Assembly (NCBI GenBank): GCA_964481465.1 | Contig: CAYZTL010000008.1 | Location: forward strand, 78,663 to 142,662 | DNA from: an uncultured Anaerolineales bacterium | GTDB taxonomy: Bacteria; Chloroflexota; Anaerolineae; Anaerolineales; UBA11858 | Reading direction: 5' to 3' | Length of the DNA: 64,000 nt | Part shown: positions 11,250-18,901 of the stretch, piece after piece | How positions within the stretch are numbered: position 1 is the stretch's first letter | How the letters are laid out: each line of letters opens with the position of its first letter | Program-made: the position numbers and the translations under genes | The notes under the pieces: model-generated | Database searches by the model: none | Told to the model about the DNA's origin: nothing | The model's input: the letters and a program-made list of their open reading frames with translations, nothing else

Positions 11250-12074
11250 ATGAACTCATTGAGCAGAAAATTCGCTGAATGGCTCCCATCCCGGGCGCGA
11301 AGGAATGCGCGCCGGTTGTGGTATTTTCTGAAACGCGCTTCCCAGTGGCCTTTTGCGCGATTCCATCCCTGGCGGCGGGAGAGCATTCGACGATTAGAAA
11401 GGTTGAAAGACCTTCACCGCGGGGAGCGCTGTTTTGTGATTGGGAACGGACCCAGCCTGAATGAAACCGATATTTCGCGGTTGGAAGATGAATATACGTT
11501 TGGCATGAACCGGGTTTATTTGGCCTTTGATGAATGGGGTTTTCAGACTTCTTGCCTTGTTTCGGTGAATGACCTGGTCATTGAACAATGTCATCAGGAC
11601 TTCCAGGAATTGGAAATGCCCAAGTTTTTTTCGTGGCGGGCCCACAATCTGCTCTATCCAGACGGGACTCCGGATGGCAACACTCATTTCCTGTTTACTA
11701 CGTATACCGGGCCCACATTTGCTCAGGATGCACGATCAAGGATGTGGGAAGGCGCGACGGTTACGTATGTGTGTTTGCAGTTAGCCTTCCATATGGGATT
11801 TGAGAAAGTGATATTAATCGGGGTCGACCATAGTTTTTCCACCCGGGGAGAACCGAATACCACGGTTGTTTCCGAGGGGGAGGATCCCGATCATTTCCGT
11901 GGAGAGTATTTTGGAGAGGGGTTCCGCTGGCAGCTTCCCGACCTGGAAACCTCAGAGACCGCTTACCGGATGGCGAGAGATACCTATCGGGAAGCAGGCC
12001 GGGAGATCGTCGATGCCACCATCGGCGGAAAACTGAAGGTATTTCCCAAAGTCAATTATTTCGACTTGTTTTAA
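11250..12074 (+). CDS. DUF115 (Maf/MptE-like) or GT42-like putative nonulosonic-acid transferase
   Basis: 'CFVIGNGPSLNETDISRL' and 'VILIGVDHSF' parallel the GNGPSL and (L/I)xG(I/V)D motifs of CstII-type sialyltransferases and motility-associated-factor (DUF115) proteins. Confidence 0.6.
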   Translation: MNSLSRKFAEWLPSRARRNARRLWYFLKRASQWPFARFHPWRRESIRRLERLKDLHRGERCFVIGNGPSLNETDISRLEDEYTFGMNRVYLAFDEWGFQTSCLVSVNDLVIEQCHQDFQELEMPKFFSWRAHNLLYPDGTPDGNTHFLFTTYTGPTFAQDARSRMWEGATVTYVCLQLAFHMGFEKVILIGVDHSFSTRGEPNTTVVSEGEDPDHFRGEYFGEGFRWQLPDLETSETAYRMARDTYREAGREIVDATIGGKLKVFPKVNYFDLF

Positions 12075-12101
12075 TGAGGAACAACGGATGGTCTTACCTC
12101 T

Positions 12102-13616
12102 ATGTTTGAAGATGAGACTTATTCCATTTTCGGGCTGTCTTCTTTGTGGCTGATGGCGGTGATCGTCATCATTCTGGCTTGTGGGTTGGGAGTGCGCCTG
12201 TATGATCTCAAAGATCCTCCGTTGGACTTTGCTTCTACGAGACAGTTGCGGTCCGCTCTCATCGCTCGTGGTAAGTATTACCGCATAGCCAGGAATGTGC
12301 CAGAATGGAAGCGTGAAATTGCCCTCCAACAGGGCGAGCATACCCTGTTAGAACCGACGATCCTTGAGACGATTGTCGCGGGCACCTATTGGGTGGCGGG
12401 CGGAGAATATGTGTGGATTGCCAGAATCTACTCCTCTGTGTTTTGGGTTCTAGGAGGGGTGGCTGTTTTTGGATTAACCAGGGAGATGATCGGTCTTGAT
12501 GGCGCAGTGATAGGATTGACTTATTATCTTTTTGCCCCTTTTGGGATTAAAGCCAGCCGAAGCTTTCAACCGGATCCATTGATGACCGCATGTGTCGCTT
12601 ATGCTTGGTGGACGTTTCACCGCTGGCATCGTAGCCATACCTGGAAATGGGCTTTGTTCGCAGGTATATCTTCAGGGTTGGCTTTACTCGTCAAATCCAC
12701 ATCGGTCTTTTTTTTGATAGGGGGGATGGGCGCCCTCCTCCTCAGGCGAGGTGTAAAAAAGACATTGAAAGATGCCCAAGTTTGGGCAATCGGCCTTCTC
12801 TCAGGACTCCCTGTCCTGCTTTACAACGTCTATGGTATTTTCATCGTCGGCACACTGGGGGAACAATTCCAGGGCAGGATCTTTCCCCAATTGCTTGATG
12901 ACTTCCAATTCTATCGCCGCTTGAAAAACGCGATGTCGAGTGTGGCTGGGCATGAACTGATCCTCTTGGTAGCTTTGATGGGTTTGATCCTGGTATGGAA
13001 GAAAGAGGAAATTGGTTATCTTTTAGGCATTTGGGTTGGATATCTTGTATTCATTTTGACTTTTTCTTATCATTCCATCACCCATTATTACTATCATCTG
13101 CCCCTGATACCCTTGGTTGCCATTTCCATAGCCAGCGTTTCTAATTCCGTCTTCGAGAGGATCAAAAGCGGTCATCTTAAATACGCGATCCGGGTTGGAT
13201 TGGTTTTCATCCTCCTCCTCGGCGTTGGAGGGGGGTATTACATGTTATTCAATGAGGATTACAGGCATGAGCCGGGTTGGTATTGGAAAGTAGCAGATAA
13301 AGTGGACCGTGATGTTGATATTGTGGTATTGAGTCAGAATTATGGGAATCGCATTGCCTATTATGGTTGGATTGAACCCAAGGTCTGGGTGGGATCAGAG
13401 AATCAAGAATATTCGGAATTACGCGGTGGTGAAAAGGAACCATTTGAGCAGCATTTCAATCAATTGGTCGGAGATGCGGATTATTTTCTCGTCACTAGAA
13501 TGAATGAACTTCGCAGGCAAGAGAAATTGCGGGACAAACTCTACAATACATATAAAATCCATGCAGAAGGGGGCGGTTATGTTATCTTTGATCTTCATCA
13601 GAAGCTAAAACAATGA
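12102..13616 (+). CDS. GT-C fold membrane glycosyltransferase (ArnT/PMT, GT39/83-like)
   Basis: 504 aa with many predicted TM helices through about residue 390. It then has a soluble C-terminal domain of about 110 aa. The first loop is 'LKDPPLDFASTRQLRS'. Confidence 0.5.
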   Translation: MFEDETYSIFGLSSLWLMAVIVIILACGLGVRLYDLKDPPLDFASTRQLRSALIARGKYYRIARNVPEWKREIALQQGEHTLLEPTILETIVAGTYWVAGGEYVWIARIYSSVFWVLGGVAVFGLTREMIGLDGAVIGLTYYLFAPFGIKASRSFQPDPLMTACVAYAWWTFHRWHRSHTWKWALFAGISSGLALLVKSTSVFFLIGGMGALLLRRGVKKTLKDAQVWAIGLLSGLPVLLYNVYGIFIVGTLGEQFQGRIFPQLLDDFQFYRRLKNAMSSVAGHELILLVALMGLILVWKKEEIGYLLGIWVGYLVFILTFSYHSITHYYYHLPLIPLVAISIASVSNSVFERIKSGHLKYAIRVGLVFILLLGVGGGYYMLFNEDYRHEPGWYWKVADKVDRDVDIVVLSQNYGNRIAYYGWIEPKVWVGSENQEYSELRGGEKEPFEQHFNQLVGDADYFLVTRMNELRRQEKLRDKLYNTYKIHAEGGGYVIFDLHQKLKQ

Positions 13617-14599
13617 ATGAACTCCCCCAGGTTTCCATCATCACCCCCTCATATAATCAGGCGGATTTTCTAGAAGCAACCATTCGGTCGGTTTTAAGTC
13701 AAGGATATCCCCATCTGGATTACGGCGTAGTGGATGGCGGTTCAACGGATGGCAGTTTGGAGGTCATTAAGCGGTATGAAGATCAAATAGATTGGTGGAT
13801 TTCCGAGCCCGATCATGGGCAAGCAGATGCAATCAATAAGGGGATGGAAAGGACCAGGGGAGAGATCATTGCCTGGTTAAATTCAGACGATATCTATTTG
13901 CCGGGTGCTGTTCAGAAAGCAGTGGATGTGTTCAAAAAATTCGATCCGGGCTTGGTGTTTGGTGATGCTTTTACCATAGATACCCAAGGAACCCCGTTGA
14001 AAGCTCTCCGATTTGGGGATTGGGGCTTATCCGATCTGATGCGTTTCAGAGTCATCTGTCAACCCGCAGTCTTTATGAAAAGGCAGGCCTGGGAATCAGT
14101 AGGGGGATTAGATACGACCTACCACTGCATGCTTGACCATCACCTGTGGATCAGGGTTGCTGCGAAGTATAATATCCAGCACATTGCAGATATCTTGGCT
14201 GCTTCTCGATATCATAAGGAAGCCAAAAATGTCACTATTGCTCCAGAATTTGCAAGGGAGATTTTCCGGGTGAAAGAGTGGATGAACGCAGATCCCGATT
14301 TAGCTGAAAAGTATGAAGAGGATAAAAAACGGATCCTGGGGGGCGCGTACCGCTTAAGCGCCCGATATCTCCTGGATGGTAATCTGCCCAAAAAAGCGCT
14401 TTTCAAATATTTGCATGCAGTCAAGATGTGGCCTTCGTACGGGCTGGAGCATTGGCACCGGATCTTGTTTGCCGGTCTCAGCCTTATTACCGGTTTGAAG
14501 GCGGAAGATCTGTATCGAACGCGTAGGCCTTTGGAATTGATTAACGCTGAGAAATGGCGGGATTGGCCGGGATTGTCCCTGCCAAAGGACGATATATAA
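13613..14599 (+). CDS. Glycosyltransferase family 2 (paralog A)
   Basis: 'VSIITPSYNQADFLEATIRSVLSQGYPHLDYGVVDGGSTDGS...WLNSDD'. ATGA overlap with the upstream gene. Confidence 0.85.
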   Translation: MNELPQVSIITPSYNQADFLEATIRSVLSQGYPHLDYGVVDGGSTDGSLEVIKRYEDQIDWWISEPDHGQADAINKGMERTRGEIIAWLNSDDIYLPGAVQKAVDVFKKFDPGLVFGDAFTIDTQGTPLKALRFGDWGLSDLMRFRVICQPAVFMKRQAWESVGGLDTTYHCMLDHHLWIRVAAKYNIQHIADILAASRYHKEAKNVTIAPEFAREIFRVKEWMNADPDLAEKYEEDKKRILGGAYRLSARYLLDGNLPKKALFKYLHAVKMWPSYGLEHWHRILFAGLSLITGLKAEDLYRTRRPLELINAEKWRDWPGLSLPKDDI

Positions 14600-14616
14600 G
14601 AGAGATAAAGGGTTCC

Positions 14617-15543
14617 ATGGAGCCGATTTTAGTTACCGGAGCGCATAGGACTGGGACGACATGGGTGGGAAAAGTGATCGCCACTACTCCCTCCCTCACG
14701 TACATCAGCGAACCATTAAATGTAAACCATTCTTTAGGGGTTTTGGGAATCCCAGTCCAGCATTGGTACACTTATATTTGCGAAGCGAATGAGGATGCGT
14801 TCTTAACCGCATATCAAGATGCATTGAATTTTCGTTATCGGACCTTGCTTGCTGTAAAAAACCTGCAGTCCTGGGAAGATTTGCTGAAAATGGGCAGGGA
14901 TCAGCTGATATTTCTCCGGGCAAAACTCTTGAACCACCGCCCTTTGTTGAAGGATCCTTTCGCTGTTTTTTCCGTTCCCTGGTTTTCTCGTAAACTAAAC
15001 TGTCGGATTGTCGTCGTTGTCCGTCATCCCCTTGGCTTCGTGAGCAGTTTAAAGCGTTTGGATTGGTCGTTCGATTTTCATAATCTCCTTGCCCAACCGC
15101 AATTAATCCAAGACCATCTCGGGGAATATAGAGAAGAGATAGCGGACATAATGGAACACCCCGGGGATATCGTTGGTCAAGGGATAGTGTTGTGGAAGGT
15201 GGTCTACTCCGTGGTCGCTAAATACAGAAGGCAATTGGAAGAGGTTGAGGTTGTCAGACACGAGGACCTCTCCCTCCAACCCCTTCAGGAGTTCTTAAGG
15301 ATATTCCATCATCTGGGGCTTGACTTTAACGAAGACATAAGACGAAAAATTGCTGATACCAGTCAAGACGACAATCCCCAAGAGTTACCTCCGGGGAGTG
15401 AACATTCAGTCCAGCTGGACAGCCGCGCGAATTTAGGGAATTGGCGGAGGCGATTAACGACATCAGAGGTGAATCGAATTGTCACAGCCACGCAAGATCA
15501 CCTGTATGGTTATTACGATCAGGATGAGTGGAGGGCTTGGTGA
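14617..15543 (+). CDS. Sulfotransferase family protein (no. 2)
   Basis: 'VTGAHRTGTTWVGK' PAPS 5'-phosphate-binding loop and 'VVVVRHPLGFVSS' 3'-PB-like motif. The ATG at 14617 lies just after the upstream stop. The track start at 14554 is inside the previous gene. Confidence 0.7.
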   Translation: MEPILVTGAHRTGTTWVGKVIATTPSLTYISEPLNVNHSLGVLGIPVQHWYTYICEANEDAFLTAYQDALNFRYRTLLAVKNLQSWEDLLKMGRDQLIFLRAKLLNHRPLLKDPFAVFSVPWFSRKLNCRIVVVVRHPLGFVSSLKRLDWSFDFHNLLAQPQLIQDHLGEYREEIADIMEHPGDIVGQGIVLWKVVYSVVAKYRRQLEEVEVVRHEDLSLQPLQEFLRIFHHLGLDFNEDIRRKIADTSQDDNPQELPPGSEHSVQLDSRANLGNWRRRLTTSEVNRIVTATQDHLYGYYDQDEWRAW

Positions 15544-16316
15544 AATCTCCCATCGTATCCATCGTGACCCCCTCTTATAACCAGGTGCAGTTCTTGGAAG
15601 AAACGATTCTATCGGTCATCAATCAGAGTTATCCGCACATTGAGTACATCATAGTAGATGGCGGGTCAACGGATGGGTCAGTGGAATTGATTAAAAAATA
15701 CGAGGATAGGATTGACAATTGGGTATCGGAGCAGGACCAGGGACAAACAGACGCGATCAACAAAGGATTCGAGCGAGCATCTGGAGATATATTCGCCTGG
15801 ATCAACTCGGACGACACCTACCAGGATGGGGCAATTCAAGAAGCGGTTGAATTTCTAGCGGGGAATCCAGACGTAGGCATGGTGTACGGGGATTTAAACA
15901 TCATCAATGAAGGGGGTGAGGTGATCGGTACATTTAACGCCAAACAAACCACTTACCAACGCCTGCGTCGCGGGGGCGTGTATATTCCCCAGCCAGCTGC
16001 GTTCTGGCGTGCCTGTTTCTGGGATATCGTCGGCCCCTTAGATCCCAGCTTTTATTTTGCGATGGACTATGATTTATGGGTTCGTTTGGCGAAAATCACG
16101 ACCTTGAAGTATTATGAGGGTCATACCTGGGCTAATTTTCGGGTCCATGGCGAGTCGAAGACGATAACTGCGGATGCAAGGTGTTGGGATGAGATGCTCC
16201 GCATCCATCGGAGAGACGGGGGAAGTTGGTTTTCCATCCTGGTATTGAAATACTGGATCAGGAAGGCCGTTACCCCTCTCTGGAACTGGTGGCGCCGACA
16301 GAGACTGCTCAAGTAG
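15540..16316 (+). CDS. Glycosyltransferase family 2 (paralog B, shorter)
   Basis: 'VSIVTPSYNQVQFLEETILSVINQSYPHIEYIIVDGGSTDGS...WINSDD' is closely similar to the 13613 gene. Candidate starts are GTG 15528, TTG 15537 and GTG 15540. I preferred 15540 because of its GTGA overlap with the upstream stop. Confidence 0.8.
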   Translation: MKSPIVSIVTPSYNQVQFLEETILSVINQSYPHIEYIIVDGGSTDGSVELIKKYEDRIDNWVSEQDQGQTDAINKGFERASGDIFAWINSDDTYQDGAIQEAVEFLAGNPDVGMVYGDLNIINEGGEVIGTFNAKQTTYQRLRRGGVYIPQPAAFWRACFWDIVGPLDPSFYFAMDYDLWVRLAKITTLKYYEGHTWANFRVHGESKTITADARCWDEMLRIHRRDGGSWFSILVLKYWIRKAVTPLWNWWRRQRLLK

Positions 16317-16343
16317 GCCTAATTATCAAGAAGGGGACGAGGT

Positions 16344-17402
16344 ATGGCAGAGTGGACTGTGCGCGATAAAACGATGAGGTTAATCAATCGCTGGTACCTG
16401 ATTTTCCTTGCTTTTTTGATCTCTGCTGGTTTGGCCTGGGGGGTGATGCATTTATGGCCTCCGCAGCATAAAGCCTCGACAACGGTGTACATTGGAATCG
16501 ACATCAACCGTGTTTTTGATGTCTCATCCATGGCAGCTTATGCAAAAACGGAACCGTTTAATATCGATGATTATAAGAACTGGCAGTTATCTCAGGTGGA
16601 GTCGATTGCCCGCTCAGAACAGGTGGCAAATGAAACCCTTGCCAATCTGCGCGATTTAAATCCCTATTGGGAAAACATCACTCCCCAGGAATTTCAACGA
16701 TTGGAAGACCTCGATTGGTGGGATATGGGAACCTGGCGCCTAACGATCTCGGAGTCAGATCCTGACCGGGCAGAGCAAGCTGTTCAGGAATGGAGTTCCG
16801 TTTTCGTCGATCAGGTTTCAAACCTGGTTTCCAAAGCGAAAAGCGCTTTTGAACTAGATGGGAAACTGCGGGCGTTAAATCACCAACAAGTTCAATTGGA
16901 AACCGAGATATCAGAATTCACGATCATAGAAGAAAAATTACGGGACTTTCGTTCCGATATCCAAGGCATGGAGGAAGACCAACCTTTGGAACCCTTGTTG
17001 AGATGGCAGTTGTGGGGATTGGCTGCTGGCTTTGCGGATTTCACACCCATGTGGACGGAGGTACTGGAAGGATTCCCGGATGCTGAGCAGACGAATTCCG
17101 CGTATATTGGGTGGATTGACGACCTGCTACCCGTTTTATCCACGGAAAAAGAGATCAAACAAGATTCCCTCTATATATTGGAGGAGGAGGAGGACAGCTT
17201 AACCGATCAATTTGTTGAGGAAATCCAAAAATCAAGTGGCTTATCCCCTAATTTGACCATTGAAAAGTCTTCCTCTAAGATTCATAAAAGCAGCGGTTAC
17301 CCAGGCGCGTTCGTCGCTTTATTGGGTGGAGCGATGGGGGTGGCAGCTTACCTCATCGCCTTTCTACTCATTACGGAGTTTCCAGGTAACCGAAAACGAT
17401 GA
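16344..17402 (+). CDS. Wzz-like polysaccharide co-polymerase (chain-length determinant), putative
   Basis: N-terminal TM 'WYLIFLAFLISAGLAWGV', a long charged or coiled middle region, and C-terminal TM 'AFVALLGGAMGVAAYLIAFLL'. The call is based on topology. Confidence 0.5.
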   Translation: MAEWTVRDKTMRLINRWYLIFLAFLISAGLAWGVMHLWPPQHKASTTVYIGIDINRVFDVSSMAAYAKTEPFNIDDYKNWQLSQVESIARSEQVANETLANLRDLNPYWENITPQEFQRLEDLDWWDMGTWRLTISESDPDRAEQAVQEWSSVFVDQVSNLVSKAKSAFELDGKLRALNHQQVQLETEISEFTIIEEKLRDFRSDIQGMEEDQPLEPLLRWQLWGLAAGFADFTPMWTEVLEGFPDAEQTNSAYIGWIDDLLPVLSTEKEIKQDSLYILEEEEDSLTDQFVEEIQKSSGLSPNLTIEKSSSKIHKSSGYPGAFVALLGGAMGVAAYLIAFLLITEFPGNRKR

Positions 17403-18901
17403 AAACTTTAATCCGAAACTTTCGTAATCTATTGATCATTGCCTTTTTCGTCACTCTACCCATGACAAGTTTCCCATTTTTCCCGCCTAGTTTTGGGGGG
17501 AATAGCGCTGTAGTCAGGCCTTTGCTTGTCTACCCGCTGCTGGGATTGCTGGTTTTGGTAACCTTGCCCCGATTGCTTTCCAAGCCCCTCTCAAAACCCG
17601 TTCTCATCATCCTTATCTTCCTTTTGGGAGCGGTTATCTCCTCTCTGCTCCCTTTTTTTCGCGGTCTTCAATCCCCGTGGCGTGAGGTTTCCGTTTTTTC
17701 ACGGGAACTAAGGACATTCCTGACTCTCGGTTTGGCAGTAAGCATCTATCTCACGGTCACCCTCATCCCTCAAAATGCGGATGATTTGCGGTTTTCCCTA
17801 CGCTGGATTTACGCTGGTTTGATCTTGGCCCTGGTTTGGGGATCATTACAGTCGATATATATGCTGGATATCGTCCCGAACTGGTTTGATTTGATGAGTG
17901 AAATTCAAGGCTTTATATCTACCCGCAGGTTGCATGCAACCAGAATATCCGGGATGACATACGAGCCTACCGCGATCGCTGATCAAATCGTCGTCTTATG
18001 GCTTCCTCTCGTTTTGGGGGCTTCGTTGACAGACTATACGGTGTTCCCGCGGCGTTGGAAATGGCTTACTGTGGAAAAAGCCCTTCTCCCATGGACAATG
18101 GGCATTTTGGCGTTTACCCTCTCCCGAACGGGGCTGGTTCTGGGGGTGGGATTAATCGCCTTTGCGTTCATATTGAAAGCGATTGACTACCTCTCTCGCA
18201 ATCGGGTGGGGGATGACATTTTATCCTCCAAAGACAAGAATGGCTCAGCAGGGTTTCTGAACAGGTTGCGGGGTAACTATGTAGTGTTGATTGTCTTGGG
18301 GATCCTCATTTTCTTGGTCTTGTTCTTTTTTTTGGGAGCGAGAAGCGATTATATTTCCAGGATTTGGGAATATTGGACGGGGTCGGGGAAGAAAGATTTA
18401 CGGATGTATTTCACTTATATTGGATTTGGGTCCAGGATGGCTTATTGGGAGACGGCGTATAATATCTACGTTGACTATCCCATTTTTGGGGTCGGATTGG
18501 GGAATTTCACCATTTACTTGGCAGAGAAGCTGCCTTACCAACATCTGGCCAAAACGCCTGAAGTGCTCCGCCACCTCGTTCCCCAACAGGGCAGGTCCCG
18601 GGTCCAGACGGTGAAACATTTCCTGCTCAGGATCCTCGCTGAAACGGGATTGGTGGGGTTGGGAATCTTTATCACTTTCATCGTTGTTTTATTGGCAGGT
18701 GGAGTATATTTATGGCTCTCTCGAGAGGAAGAGGAACACTTTTGGGGTACCGCATCTTTATTGGGTGTGGTAGCTTTTATGGTTGATACGTTCTCATTTG
18801 ATTCCTTTGCAATTCCTAATCCATGGGTTATGTTTGGGATTGCTACTGCTGCCTTCCGGATTTTCACTGTTGCGAAGATAGATGAGGAGGATCTATCTTG
18901 A
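17399..18901 (+). CDS. O-antigen ligase / Wzy-like polymerase family membrane protein
   Basis: Polytopic membrane protein with 'LSRTGLVLGVGLIAFAF' and 'YWETAYNIYVDYPIFGVGLGNF', typical of the O-antigen-ligase (Wzy_C) domain. ATGA overlap upstream. Confidence 0.65.
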   Translation: MKTLIRNFRNLLIIAFFVTLPMTSFPFFPPSFGGNSAVVRPLLVYPLLGLLVLVTLPRLLSKPLSKPVLIILIFLLGAVISSLLPFFRGLQSPWREVSVFSRELRTFLTLGLAVSIYLTVTLIPQNADDLRFSLRWIYAGLILALVWGSLQSIYMLDIVPNWFDLMSEIQGFISTRRLHATRISGMTYEPTAIADQIVVLWLPLVLGASLTDYTVFPRRWKWLTVEKALLPWTMGILAFTLSRTGLVLGVGLIAFAFILKAIDYLSRNRVGDDILSSKDKNGSAGFLNRLRGNYVVLIVLGILIFLVLFFFLGARSDYISRIWEYWTGSGKKDLRMYFTYIGFGSRMAYWETAYNIYVDYPIFGVGLGNFTIYLAEKLPYQHLAKTPEVLRHLVPQQGRSRVQTVKHFLLRILAETGLVGLGIFITFIVVLLAGGVYLWLSREEEEHFWGTASLLGVVAFMVDTFSFDSFAIPNPWVMFGIATAAFRIFTVAKIDEEDLS

